NCBI GenBank assembly: GCA_050298055.1
Contig: JBNKTL010000020.1
Coordinates: 22,265 to 86,264, forward strand
DNA: 64,000 nt
Reading direction: 5' to 3'
Origin: Spirochaetota bacterium
Lineage (GTDB): Bacteria; Spirochaetota; UBA4802; UBA5550
A program made the translations under genes and the position numbers. Under the pieces are notes generated by a model. It was not told the DNA's origin. It was given only the letters and a program-made list of their open reading frames with translations, and made no database searches. Of the stretch, positions 19,502 to 29,479 are shown in pieces. How positions within the stretch are numbered: position 1 is the first letter of the stretch; each line of letters starts with the position of its first letter.

Positions 19502-19529
19502 CTATCGGCGCAGGTTGAAGGAAAATTGA
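19502..19529 (-). promoter_or_regulatory. Putative sigma-28 promoter
   Basis: Minus strand reads TCAA-N16-GCCGATAG. Confidence 0.6.
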
Positions 19530-19617
19530 TCTCTCACAAGGAAAATCAAAATTTGAAGATCCTGTTTTTGTCTTGTAAAAATAGCGTCTCTTTTCACTAT
19601 TAATTCCCACGCTCTTG

Positions 19618-19703
19618 CCCCCCTAACCCCCTGAGGGGGCACAAGAGTTCAGGAAAAGAATCTTTCGCCCCCTCAGGGGGATGGGGGGCTCAGGGGGATG
19701 GGG
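19618..19703. repeat. Paired-palindrome REP/BIME-like element, copy B
   Basis: CCCCCCTAACCCCCTGAGGGGGC...GCCCCCTCAGGGGGATGGGGGGCTC, plus a partial extra unit. Confidence 0.85.
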
Positions 19704-19717
19704 AAAAATAAAGTACT

Positions 19718-20407
19718 ATGTTAAACACAACGAAAAAACAGATACTTATCATTGAGGATGAACCGGGAATTGCCGATACCATCACCTATTCCCTTGAAAC
19801 GGAGGGTTTCATCACACAGAGGGTCGCTACCGGCCTGGAGGGCCTCAAGGCCCTGAAGGAGGGAGATCCGTCACTTATTGTTCTTGATGTGGGTTTGCCC
19901 GATATTAATGGTTTTGACCTGGTCAAGAAGATCAGGGAGATATCGGATCTTCCCGTTGTTTTTTTGACTGCCCGGGGAGAGGAGATAGACAGGATCCTCG
20001 GGTTTGAGCTGGGGGGGGACGATTATATCGTAAAGCCGTTCAGCCCCCGGGAGCTTACAGTGAGAATAAAGGCCATTTTAAGAAGGGCGGATACGGAGAA
20101 CAGGGGTGAGGACGAAAAGGTCTTCAGTATCGATTATAACAGGAGGACAATTAAATATTTCGGTCAACAGGTGGTCCTGACCCGGTATGAATATGAACTT
20201 CTGGTGCTCCTCATATCAAGGCCCGGCTGGGTCTTCAGCAGGGAAAAGATCATGGAGATGGTCTGGGAGGACCCTGAAGAGAGCTTTGACAGAACAGTTG
20301 ATACGCATATCAAGTCAATCAGGGGAAAGCTCCGGGAGATAAAAGACGATTATGAACCCATCGTCACACACAGGGGCGTGGGTTATTCCGTGAGGGAGGA
20401 CATATGA
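19718..20407 (+). CDS. creB: OmpR-family response regulator CreB
   Basis: REC plus winged helix (EDEPGIADT, DRTVDTHIK, THRGVGY); creC and creD adjacent. Confidence 0.9.
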   Translation: MLNTTKKQILIIEDEPGIADTITYSLETEGFITQRVATGLEGLKALKEGDPSLIVLDVGLPDINGFDLVKKIREISDLPVVFLTARGEEIDRILGFELGGDDYIVKPFSPRELTVRIKAILRRADTENRGEDEKVFSIDYNRRTIKYFGQQVVLTRYEYELLVLLISRPGWVFSREKIMEMVWEDPEESFDRTVDTHIKSIRGKLREIKDDYEPIVTHRGVGYSVREDI

Positions 20408-21840
20408 GGATACGGACGAGGATAATTCTCGGTTACGCGATTTTATTTTCCCTCGGTTTTTATTTTATCGGTGATTTTATGGTCCGTGAAATCAGGCCCC
20501 GTTATCTCGAGGCGGTAGAGGAATCGCTGAATGATACGGTGAATATACTGGCGTCTCTCATTGAGTCCGAACTGCTGGGGGAGCATATGGACCTGGTTCT
20601 CCTCAGAAGGACTTTTTCCTCGGCCTTTAAAAGAAAATTCGATGCCAGGATCTACGGATTCAGGAAAACCGGCGTGGAATTAAATGTCTATGTGACTGAC
20701 GGGAAGGGAATTGTGGTCTATGATTCCAACGGCGGCCTTAACCGGGGGAAGGACTTTTCTGACTGGAATGACGTCCATCGCACCCTGAAGGGGAAATACG
20801 GCGCCAGGTCAACCAGGAGGAACAAAGACGATCCCTCTTCCAGCCTTCTCCATGTTGCCGCGCCAATCAGGAGCGGGGGGAAGATCATCGGATCGGTTAC
20901 CGTGGTCAAGCCCCTTGACAGCGTGACCGTGTTTATTCAGCTTGCCCGGAGCAGGATATTTTTGACCGGTTTTATTGCAGTGGCTGCATTCCTTGTACTG
21001 AGCGTTATCATATCGGTATGGATAAGCAGGCCCGTGATGAAACTGACGGATTACATAAATTCTCTCAGGGAGAAAAAGCACCCGGTCTTTCCGGACTTAA
21101 GCGGCAGGGAGATAAGGGACCTGGGAAAAGCATTCCGGGAACTCCTGGAAGAACTGGAGGGGAAAAAATATATTGAAGACTATATCCAGAGCCTGACACA
21201 TGAGCTTAAAAGCCCCCTCTCCTCCATCCGGGGTGCTGCTGAACTCCTCATGGAGGACAACATGGAGAAGGTCCATGCTGACAGGTTCTGCGGCAATATC
21301 CTTACGGAGAGCAGGAGGATTGACACAATTATTGAGAAGATGCTCCTTATTTCGTCACTTGAAAGGAGGGACAGGCTGGAGAATATTGAGGACATGGATC
21401 TTCACGTTCTTGTTGAAGAAGTCCTGGAGAGCCTCTCCCCGCAGATTGCCCTTAAGAATATCCGGATTGAAAACAGGACAGAAAAAAAGATTATTCTGCA
21501 GGGTGAGAAATTCCTGCTCCGTCACGCGGTTGCCAACCTCATCCAGAACGGGATAAACTTCAGCGGGGAGAATGAGAGGATAATCATCTCTTCGGAGTTT
21601 GACGGTGGAAACCTGCTCATTAAAATATCCGACAATGGCTGCGGTATCCCGGAATACGCGGAGGAGAAGATCTTCCGCAGGTTTTATTCCCTTCCCCGGG
21701 GAGAATCGGGGAGGAGGGGAACGGGCCTGGGGCTGACCTTTGTCCTGGAGGCAGTCAAGCTTCACGGAGGGAGCGTATCAGTCAAAAACAACAGCAAAGG
21801 GGGCGTCACCTCCACACTTACACTCCCTGCAAAGAATTAA
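20404..21840 (+). CDS. creC: Sensor histidine kinase CreC
   Basis: WNDV..TL.G.YGARSTR, LEGK.YIE.Y...LTHELKSPL..IRGAAELL and RFYSLPR motifs. Confidence 0.93.
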   Translation: MRIRTRIILGYAILFSLGFYFIGDFMVREIRPRYLEAVEESLNDTVNILASLIESELLGEHMDLVLLRRTFSSAFKRKFDARIYGFRKTGVELNVYVTDGKGIVVYDSNGGLNRGKDFSDWNDVHRTLKGKYGARSTRRNKDDPSSSLLHVAAPIRSGGKIIGSVTVVKPLDSVTVFIQLARSRIFLTGFIAVAAFLVLSVIISVWISRPVMKLTDYINSLREKKHPVFPDLSGREIRDLGKAFRELLEELEGKKYIEDYIQSLTHELKSPLSSIRGAAELLMEDNMEKVHADRFCGNILTESRRIDTIIEKMLLISSLERRDRLENIEDMDLHVLVEEVLESLSPQIALKNIRIENRTEKKIILQGEKFLLRHAVANLIQNGINFSGENERIIISSEFDGGNLLIKISDNGCGIPEYAEEKIFRRFYSLPRGESGRRGTGLGLTFVLEAVKLHGGSVSVKNNSKGGVTSTLTLPAKN

Positions 21841-21901
21841 TAATATGGCTGAAGAGGAAAAAATTCAAAATTTTCCCATTAAGCTATAAAAAAATCTCCA
21901 C

Positions 21902-21929
21902 TTCACACAGACTTCACAATCAGTTCACA
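21902..21929 (+). promoter_or_regulatory. Triple cre-tag (CreB binding site)
   Basis: TTCACA at 21902, 21913 and 21924 (TTCAC-N6-TTCAC-N6-TTCAC), upstream of creD. Confidence 0.88.
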
Positions 21930-21977
21930 GGGTGCTTTTACAATAATATTAAAAGTAATCGCTAAAGGAGTGTTCTT

Positions 21978-23321
21978 ATGAATTTTGAAAAAATGAAGAA
22001 TTCAACCATGCTGAAACTGGGAATAACCGGTTTTATGACCCTTCTTTTTCTCATTCCCCTGGGGATGATATCCGACCAGGTCAGGGAGAGGACGGTGAGA
22101 AGGGACACCGCGGTCAACGAGGTGAGCGCAAAGTGGGGGTACAGTCAGAAAGTTATCGGCCCCGTACTGGCCATTCCTTATAATCACTACTACCTTGACC
22201 AGAAAAATGTGGTCAGGAAGAAACGCAGGCTGGCATATTTTCTTCCCGAACAGCTGAAAATAAACGGCAGGGTTGAAACGGAGAAGAGGGCCCGGGGGAT
22301 TTTCGAGGTTGTCCTCTACAGGGTGGACAACCTTGACCTGTCGGGAAAGTTCAGGTTTCCCGATTTTAAAAAACTGAAGATCGAAGAAGAGAATGTGTTC
22401 TGGAACGATGCCTTTCTCTCCGTTGGGATATCCGATACCCGGGGAATAAAAAAGAATGTTCTCCTCAAGATGAACGGAAAGAAGTATAACTTTGAACCGG
22501 GTGTGAACAATGTGGGCATATTCGGATCGGGGATTCATGTTCCCCTGAAAAGGATCAGAAATATGAGGGGAAGGGATATCGATTTCGGGTTTTCGGTAAA
22601 TATCCAGGGAAGCTCATCCCTGAGTTTTGCCCCCTTCGGGAAGGAGACCCATGTTTACCTCCATTCCCCCTGGGAGCATCCCAGTTTTTTCGGGTCCTAC
22701 CTGCCTGTGAACAGGGAGATATCAGAGGAGGGATTTAATGCCAGCTGGAAGGTCTCCTATTTCGGACGGAACTTCCCCCAGGAGTGGACAGAGGAGAATA
22801 ACCCGCAGAGCTCTGATATAGACAACGTTATGTTCGGTGTGAGTCTCTATATGCCGGTTGATTTTTACCAGAAGTGTCAGAGGGCAGTCAAATACAGTTT
22901 CCTGGTCATATCCCTCACCTTCCTGGTTTTTTTCCTCTTCGAGGTACTGAACGGTTTGAGTATCCACCCCATACAATACCTCATGGTGGGATTTGCCCTC
23001 TCGATTTTTTATATGCTTTTTCTCTCCATATCGGAGCACCTCAATTTTGTTCTTTCATACATAATATCAGCTGCCGCGACAATCGGGCTGATATCCGCTT
23101 ACAGCATTAAGGTCTTAAAGGCAAAGGGAAGAACATCCGTATTGTCCGGACTCCTGGTCTGTCTCTACGGTTATCTCTTTGTTCTGCTGCAGAACCAGGA
23201 CTACGCTCTGCTCATCGGTTCCCTGGGACTCTTCCTGATACTTGCTACGATCATGTATATTACACGGAACATCGACTGGTATAATATCAAGCTCAACAGG
23301 CGCTTTGTCCGGGAGAGTTGA
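21978..23321 (+). CDS. creD: Inner membrane protein CreD
   Basis: WEHPSF.G.YLP, GF.ASW, RAVKY, IHPIQYLMVG, LSISEH and TRNIDWY motifs. Confidence 0.95.
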   Translation: MNFEKMKNSTMLKLGITGFMTLLFLIPLGMISDQVRERTVRRDTAVNEVSAKWGYSQKVIGPVLAIPYNHYYLDQKNVVRKKRRLAYFLPEQLKINGRVETEKRARGIFEVVLYRVDNLDLSGKFRFPDFKKLKIEEENVFWNDAFLSVGISDTRGIKKNVLLKMNGKKYNFEPGVNNVGIFGSGIHVPLKRIRNMRGRDIDFGFSVNIQGSSSLSFAPFGKETHVYLHSPWEHPSFFGSYLPVNREISEEGFNASWKVSYFGRNFPQEWTEENNPQSSDIDNVMFGVSLYMPVDFYQKCQRAVKYSFLVISLTFLVFFLFEVLNGLSIHPIQYLMVGFALSIFYMLFLSISEHLNFVLSYIISAAATIGLISAYSIKVLKAKGRTSVLSGLLVCLYGYLFVLLQNQDYALLIGSLGLFLILATIMYITRNIDWYNIKLNRRFVRES

Positions 23322-23353
23322 TTGTAAAGCAAAATGAGTTCCTTTTCCAGTTT

Positions 23354-23438
23354 ATAAAATAGGGGATAGGGAGATAAAGAGGGGATATGGGGATAAGTTA
23401 TTATTAAAACTTATCCCATCTCCTTTATCCCCATTTTA
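23354..23438. repeat. Imperfect inverted repeat of GGGGATA units downstream of creD (terminator- or REP-like)
   Basis: GGGGATAGGGAGAT...GGGATAAGTT pairs with AACTTATCCCATCTCCTTTATCCCC. Confidence 0.6.
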
Positions 23439-23565
23439 CTCGGGCATGAATTAAATTCCGGGAAATTATGGTATTAATGCACTTTTAGTAAAAAGTTTTA
23501 ATTAATCTCACTCCTCAATCGTATTAATATTTGGAAAGAATAACTCTCTTTCTGAATTATACATT

Positions 23566-24027
23566 GTGAGGATGGATAATATGAGAACGACTATTAATGC
23601 AGACACATTACTGGTCTTAAGGCTGAGAGAAGCCATGGCTGAAGTTGGTTTGCCAAAGGATGAACTGATCAAACTTTTAATAATACGGACCATTAAGAAA
23701 AACAGCTTTATTCCTCAACCCTGTAAAACAGTGAAGTACCAGGATGGCGGACCGGAGAGAGTTTGGAAAATTGAACATATCAACCTGGAGTCTTTATTCT
23801 ATGAGAAGGTCCTTGATTTGAGGAGACATTTTAAGTTTTCCGTTTCGTGGTTTGTTGCTTTTGCTATTATTAATTATCTTGATGAACTGGTAAACGATTT
23901 AATTAATTCAGGAAATAGTGCAAAAAGTATGGATAACTATACTGGAAATTATGTTTATATCTCTGAAATAATAGGTAATATGCTCGTATTTATCACAATG
24001 ATTAAAACACAAAACAAAAAAACCTGA
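23566..24027 (+). CDS. Hypothetical protein, possibly ribbon-helix-helix/DUF1564-like
   Basis: AT-rich ORF with MRTTIN N-terminus, TVKYQ and RR...SVS..VA.AI segments; family call tentative. Confidence 0.5.
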   Translation: MRMDNMRTTINADTLLVLRLREAMAEVGLPKDELIKLLIIRTIKKNSFIPQPCKTVKYQDGGPERVWKIEHINLESLFYEKVLDLRRHFKFSVSWFVAFAIINYLDELVNDLINSGNSAKSMDNYTGNYVYISEIIGNMLVFITMIKTQNKKT

Positions 24028-24239
24028 AAAAACCGGTATATCCAAATAAGTACGAAATTTTTACTAAAACCAGGCATCCGGTTTCTGTCCCGGATTTTCA
24101 ATCACGCCCTTATACTCTTACTTTCTCTCTTTTAATTTCTCATTTACACATAAGGTTATAAAAAATAGAGTGTCTCATTCGAGGCAATTATTCAATTTTA
24201 TTTTCTCAAATTAATTATTTTGAAAATGGCAATAAAACC

Positions 24240-25748
24240 GTGACAGACTTTCCGGAAAAACATCCATCAAAAACCCTCATGGTACAGGGGACCACTTCGG
24301 ACGCGGGGAAGAGTACCCTTGTTGCGGGGCTCTGCCGGGTCTTTAAGCGCCGCAATATAAAGGTCGCCCCTTTTAAGCCGCAGAATATGGCCCTGAACAG
24401 CGCGGTGACCCTGGACGGAGGGGAGATCGGCCGGGCGCAGGCGGTACAGGCACAGGCCTGCGGGCTGGAACCTCATACGGACATGAACCCCGTGCTTCTG
24501 AAACCGAATACCGATACCGGCGCCCAAGTGATTATTCAGGGCAGGGCGCTGAAGGATATGGATGCCCGGAGTTACCATAACTACAAAGCGGTTGCCCGGG
24601 AAGCGGTGCTGGAATCCCACGGCCGCCTGGCAGAACGGTATGAAAAAATTATCGTTGAAGGTGCGGGGAGCCCCGCGGAGATCAACCTTCGTGAGGGTGA
24701 TATCGCCAACATGGGATTTGCCGAGGCCGTGGATTGCCCGGTGATCCTCATTGCCGATATCGACCGCGGGGGCGTCTTCGCGCACCTTGTGGGTACCCTT
24801 GATCTTTTAAGCCGGCCGGAACAAAACCGTATCAAGGGCTTTGTCATCAACCGCTTTCGGGGTGATATCACTCTGCTGCAGCCCGGACTTGACTGGCTGG
24901 AGAAAAAAACCGGGAAACCGGTCCTGGGTGTGTTGCCCTATCTCCACGGCCTGCACATAGAAGCGGAAGATGCCCTGGTTGAAACTCCCGCAAAGGCGGA
25001 AACAGGTGCCGGAATAAAAATTATTGTTCCGGCGCTGCCCCGCATCAGCAATCACACCGATTTTGATCCGCTTCGCCTGCATCCGCAGGTTGATTTTGAA
25101 TTTATCGGCCCGGCCCGGACCATCCCTCCCGCCGACCTGATTATCCTGCCGGGGAGTAAGTCAGTGCGGAGTGACCTGCAGTTTCTCCGTGAGCAGGGAT
25201 GGGAGCAGGTCATCGGGAAACATCTTCGTTACGGAGGAAAGCTGCTGGGTATCTGCGGCGGATTTCAGATGCTGGGCAAAAAAATTCACGACCCGGAGGG
25301 CCTCGAGGGCCCCGGGGGAAGCTGTGACGGCCTGGGGTTCCTTGATCTTGAAACCACCCTGGAACCGGAAAAGCAGCTGCATGGTGTCAGGGGTGAAATA
25401 ATTTTTCACTGGGGAACTCAGGGAGTAACCGGCTATGAAATTCACTGCGGGATTTCCCGGGGCAGGGCAATGGAACGGCCCTTTGCAAAGATCAGGGATA
25501 CCCATGACCGGGAAAAATTTGACGGCGCTGTTTCGGAAGACGGGCAGATCATCGGGACCTATCTCCATGGTGTTTTTAATGAAAAGTCAGCGCAGGAGAT
25601 CCTTTTGCCCTGGGCAGGACTGGAGCCGGGTTCGGGACAAAGAGGAATCGAGCTCCTGGATTACCGGGAAATATGCGAAGAGGGGATCAACCGCCTGGCC
25701 GATGCCTGTGAAGAGCACCTTGATATGGAGAAAATATTTTCTCTATAA
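24240..25748 (+). CDS. cobQ: Cobyric acid synthase
   Basis: [42 protein letters not shown] and GYEIH motifs. Confidence 0.98.
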   Translation: MTDFPEKHPSKTLMVQGTTSDAGKSTLVAGLCRVFKRRNIKVAPFKPQNMALNSAVTLDGGEIGRAQAVQAQACGLEPHTDMNPVLLKPNTDTGAQVIIQGRALKDMDARSYHNYKAVAREAVLESHGRLAERYEKIIVEGAGSPAEINLREGDIANMGFAEAVDCPVILIADIDRGGVFAHLVGTLDLLSRPEQNRIKGFVINRFRGDITLLQPGLDWLEKKTGKPVLGVLPYLHGLHIEAEDALVETPAKAETGAGIKIIVPALPRISNHTDFDPLRLHPQVDFEFIGPARTIPPADLIILPGSKSVRSDLQFLREQGWEQVIGKHLRYGGKLLGICGGFQMLGKKIHDPEGLEGPGGSCDGLGFLDLETTLEPEKQLHGVRGEIIFHWGTQGVTGYEIHCGISRGRAMERPFAKIRDTHDREKFDGAVSEDGQIIGTYLHGVFNEKSAQEILLPWAGLEPGSGQRGIELLDYREICEEGINRLADACEEHLDMEKIFSL

Positions 25749-25803
25749 TTTAACTCTTTATTCCTTAAATTTTTTAGTCTGCAACAAATCTTTTTTTTCC
25801 TGT

Positions 25804-26820
25804 TCAAAAACGGGACAGGAAAAAAAACAGCGCGAAGAGTGCCATTACCAGAAAAGATGCTCTTCCGGCGGTGCGGATGATCCGGACAGCTTTTTCCAGA
25901 TGAGCCCTGCGGGGAATTTCGATGCCGCTGCCTATCCAGCCTTTGTCAACAACACTGTCTCCGTAGACAATGGGTCCCGCAAGGGGAATATTCAATGCCC
26001 CGGCCATAAAGCTTTCCGGATATCCGGAATTGGGAGAGGGGGTGCTGTTCCCATAGCGAAAAAAATCAGATATTGCCCTTTTGAGATTGCCCTTATGTGT
26101 CGCAACCCCCGCTGCCAGGGGAAAAAGCGAAAGCCGGGCGGGGAGGTAATTTAAAATGTCATCCAGTCGCGCCGACGCCCATCCGAAATACCGGTACCTG
26201 TCATTCTTATATCCCACCATGGCATCCAGTGTATTTACGGTCCGAAAGAAGACCGCCCAGATCAAAACAGGGACCAGGGGGTGGTAACCTGAAAAAAGGG
26301 ACACCGCAAGGATTATCATTGTGCCGGATAAAAGAGTGAAGGAGCCGTCTACATAATTTTCCGCAACGCTTTCAATTGCCGCCCTGATTATCCCCGGTTC
26401 ATCCAGGACCTCGGTATTTCTTCCCACCATGTAAGAAACCCGTTGCCGGGCCGCAGCGAGGGAATTTTTTTCCAGGGCAGTGAAAACCTTTTCAGCGTGG
26501 AGAAGCAGGTCTTTCTGAGCGTACATTGAGAAAAAAACATAGATGCCGAAAAGCCAGGTCAGGGGCCTCCAGAGGAAGAACAGTCCCCGGTATGTGAGAG
26601 AGAGGAGTGTCAGGGGAAGAGTGCAGCAGAGCAGCAGGTAGAAAACACCCAGGAGCCGTTCAGCCGTAACATTCTGAAAGTGGTGCCCCTTTCGGATTAT
26701 TTCTTCTATTCTCCGAAAGAGGGTCCCCATCAAACGGACCGGATGAAACCTGTATACCGGGTCGCCGGTGAGTTCATCGAGAAACATTGCAAGAAAAAGA
26801 ACAATAAATGTTTCACTCAT
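25804..26820 (-). CDS. cbiB: Adenosylcobinamide-phosphate synthase
   Basis: GDP...HPV, ESVAEN, NTLDAMVGY, LDD..NYLPARL and SPNSGYPE motifs. Confidence 0.95.
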   Translation of the reverse strand: MSETFIVLFLAMFLDELTGDPVYRFHPVRLMGTLFRRIEEIIRKGHHFQNVTAERLLGVFYLLLCCTLPLTLLSLTYRGLFFLWRPLTWLFGIYVFFSMYAQKDLLLHAEKVFTALEKNSLAAARQRVSYMVGRNTEVLDEPGIIRAAIESVAENYVDGSFTLLSGTMIILAVSLFSGYHPLVPVLIWAVFFRTVNTLDAMVGYKNDRYRYFGWASARLDDILNYLPARLSLFPLAAGVATHKGNLKRAISDFFRYGNSTPSPNSGYPESFMAGALNIPLAGPIVYGDSVVDKGWIGSGIEIPRRAHLEKAVRIIRTAGRASFLVMALFALFFFLSRF

Positions 26821-27905
26821 GATGCGGTGATCCGTTGGAAGGCATGGAGGAGCAGGTCATTTTCTTCCGGACGGGACAGAGCAAAGCGAAAGGCCTCTGA
26901 CCGGATACCGGTAAAGTTTCTGCAGTCACGGATAAAAAGGTCCCGCTGAAGCAGAGATTTCAGGAGATCATCCAGATCAGCTGTTTTTTCCCACTCTCCG
27001 AATGCGAAATTGGCGGCCCCGAACCGGACGGAAATCCCGCTCAGTTTTTTATATTCCCTGTTCAGCCGGTCTTTCTCCCGGGAAAGCTCTTCCCGGGTCT
27101 CTTTTTCATACTCAGTGCATTGTAAAAGAAGCGGGGCCATCCTTTCCGCAATCGAGTTCACCATCCAGGGGGGAGACTTGGCAGACAGTTTCCGGACCAG
27201 GTCCGGATTTGAAATTACAGCTCCGAGGCGGATGCCGGGGAGAGAATAAAATTTTGTCAGCGAATGAAATATGATGATATTGGGTTCATGAACAGAGTCT
27301 TTAAGGAGTGAAGATCTCTCACTCCCTTCTGTAAATTGCATAAACGCTTCATCCACAAGCAGCCACTTATTTCGGTTGGAGCGGGCAAATTGCAGTAACG
27401 GTCCCCCGGGGAAAAGATCTCCCGTGGGGTTATTGGGATTTCCGAGAAAGAGTATATCAGCATCTGTAACGTGGCGGGATAGTTCCTCAGTTGAGAGTTT
27501 CCCGTCCCGCAGCGCCTGTTGGATGGGGATAAATTCTATGGATGAATTATTGACTTTCAAGGCATTTTGATAATGAAAAAATGCCGGGGAGAGGACCGCT
27601 GCCTTCGCGGGTTGCAGGTAATCTGCTACCCGGTAGATCAGTTCCGCGGAACCGTTTCCCGGTAAAATGGACTCAGGAGGAATTTCATACCTGCTTGAAT
27701 AGTAATCTCTCAGGGGGGCCCCTTCCACTGACGGGTATATCATGGCAGACCGGAGCATTTCGGGCCACTCTTCCCGGATGACCCGGGGCGGTCCCTTCCA
27801 GTTGAGGTTTACGCTGAAGTCTGTAAGGGGCCGTTGGGGAATTCCCAGGCGTCGGAACAAGCTCTCCGGTTCTCCCCCGTGCTCATAGCGGTGATAGGTG
27901 CTCAT
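26817..27905 (-). CDS. cobD: Threonine-phosphate decarboxylase (PLP-dependent)
   Basis: HGG, DFSVNLN, GNGSAELI, NPNNPTG, DEAF and SLTKFYSLPGIRLG motifs; coupled to cbiB. Confidence 0.9.
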   Translation of the reverse strand: MSTYHRYEHGGEPESLFRRLGIPQRPLTDFSVNLNWKGPPRVIREEWPEMLRSAMIYPSVEGAPLRDYYSSRYEIPPESILPGNGSAELIYRVADYLQPAKAAVLSPAFFHYQNALKVNNSSIEFIPIQQALRDGKLSTEELSRHVTDADILFLGNPNNPTGDLFPGGPLLQFARSNRNKWLLVDEAFMQFTEGSERSSLLKDSVHEPNIIIFHSLTKFYSLPGIRLGAVISNPDLVRKLSAKSPPWMVNSIAERMAPLLLQCTEYEKETREELSREKDRLNREYKKLSGISVRFGAANFAFGEWEKTADLDDLLKSLLQRDLFIRDCRNFTGIRSEAFRFALSRPEENDLLLHAFQRITAS

Positions 27906-27930
27906 TGCCGTACCCGTCTGTTTCTCATTT

Positions 27931-28788
27931 TCAGATTGAACACGAATATCTTATAAACCTGTTATACGCCACTGTGAGGGCAACCACAAAAAGAGAGGCA
28001 CCGGCGCCAATGGCAATGTTAAAGTAATGAGGAGCAATAAGGGCAAGCCGAATAGTCACCGTGGCAAGCGCGAAACCTGAATTCCTGAAGACAACATGGT
28101 ACGTATGACTGAAACTGAGAGAGATAAGAACAATAAGTATATCCGCAAAAATTAAAATAGTGTAAAATGTCTCAAAGAACTTAAAAAATCGCCCTGTCTG
28201 CAGATATTCAACTATATTAAACAGGCCGATTATCGTGTAGATCCCCAGGAGAGAAAGTGACAATGTCTTTTTGACTGATATAAAGCTTTCCTTTTGATCT
28301 TCGTCTATTACAGGATGGTGACAGATTATTTTATAATAAACAACAAGTGCGGCAAATACAAAAAGGGCCCCCACGGCGCCTGATAATATGGGCAATACCG
28401 ATCTTGATATCTCCTCCCACTCCAGTGGTCCCGAAAAAAATGTAAACTCTTTGAATGACTGCCTGAGCAGTATAAGTGAAAAAATCTCCAGCTGCTTGCC
28501 CATGGCTTCCGAAACGGAACGGGTTATACCGAAAACAAGGTCAACCACTTCAACAAGAAGGAGAAGAGAAAAGGCGATATGTATGGCATAAAACCGGTTA
28601 TCGGGAATGTATGATTCTAACGGCAATGGCAGTAAATTCCTGATATTAAGTTCAATGACCGCAAGGGAGAGGAGGTAGGAGAGAACGAGTACCATCCCTG
28701 TTGATTTTTTCCTGATACCGCCTTCCCAGGTTTCTTCCACCCTGTCATAGAATTTACAAATTGCTGTTAATATCCTGTTCACTTTCAT
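27931..28788 (-). CDS. Hypothetical multi-pass membrane protein
   Basis: About 8 hydrophobic segments. Confidence 0.8.
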   Translation of the reverse strand: MKVNRILTAICKFYDRVEETWEGGIRKKSTGMVLVLSYLLSLAVIELNIRNLLPLPLESYIPDNRFYAIHIAFSLLLLVEVVDLVFGITRSVSEAMGKQLEIFSLILLRQSFKEFTFFSGPLEWEEISRSVLPILSGAVGALFVFAALVVYYKIICHHPVIDEDQKESFISVKKTLSLSLLGIYTIIGLFNIVEYLQTGRFFKFFETFYTILIFADILIVLISLSFSHTYHVVFRNSGFALATVTIRLALIAPHYFNIAIGAGASLFVVALTVAYNRFIRYSCSI

Positions 28789-28885
28789 TATTCAATATAA
28801 GAGGTTAATAATTAACGGCTACTCTTTATCAATTTTTGTTCCCTGTCAAACATTTATGGGTTTCTAAAATTAAATTTACAGCTAC

Positions 28886-29021
28886 GTTACTACCCAAGCT
28901 TTGTATAAAATAGATATATTAGTGAATAAACGATAAGTAATGTGTCTCCGCCGTTGACCGCGGCGGGGATACATGGATGTTATCCTATTAAATATGTTTC
29001 GCCATACGGCTAAGTCGTTTC
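28886..29021 (+). mobile_element. MITE-like palindromic element, copy 3 (degenerate), abutted by a lone perfect end at 29022-29035
   Basis: GTTACTACCCAAGCT...hairpin 28940-28974...GGCTAAGTCGTTTC, followed directly by GTAACTACTCAGCT. Confidence 0.75.
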
Positions 29022-29215
29022 GTAACTACTCAGCTGAATGCAGAGTGACAATAAGGATATCCTGAAAATAATTTATGGAGGTTCTCTTAATATTATTGAC
29101 AATATTTCAGAAGATCTTTCGTTATTGTTTTTTTGTCTCTGAATTGTTTTTTATGTGACAAATAATGTATAATTATATATTATTGTTTTATATAAAAAAA
29201 GATAACTAATTAGAT

Positions 29216-29349
29216 ATTAAATAATTAAATATATGATCAAAATAACCTTTTTCTAAAAGATTAATAATATGTCCCCGCCGCCGAAGGCGGCGGGGACATA
29301 AAAATTATGTTTTTCCATGGATATAATTATTCTAAGCATGTGTAGTTAC
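29216..29349 (-). mobile_element. MITE-like palindromic element, copy 4 (reverse orientation)
   Basis: Hairpin TATGTCCCCGCCGCC-GAA-GGCGGCGGGGACATA with end TAGTTAC at 29349; left boundary approximate. Confidence 0.8.
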
Positions 29350-29479
29350 GCAAAAGTCTTAAATTATATGGAAAGATCATTATTGTTTGGTAGTTTCGAT
29401 TTTTTCTCAGTATGAGTTCCAAAACTTGATTTACAGCTTAAAATTTTTCCCGTATAAATTCAATTACAAGGATAAAACG

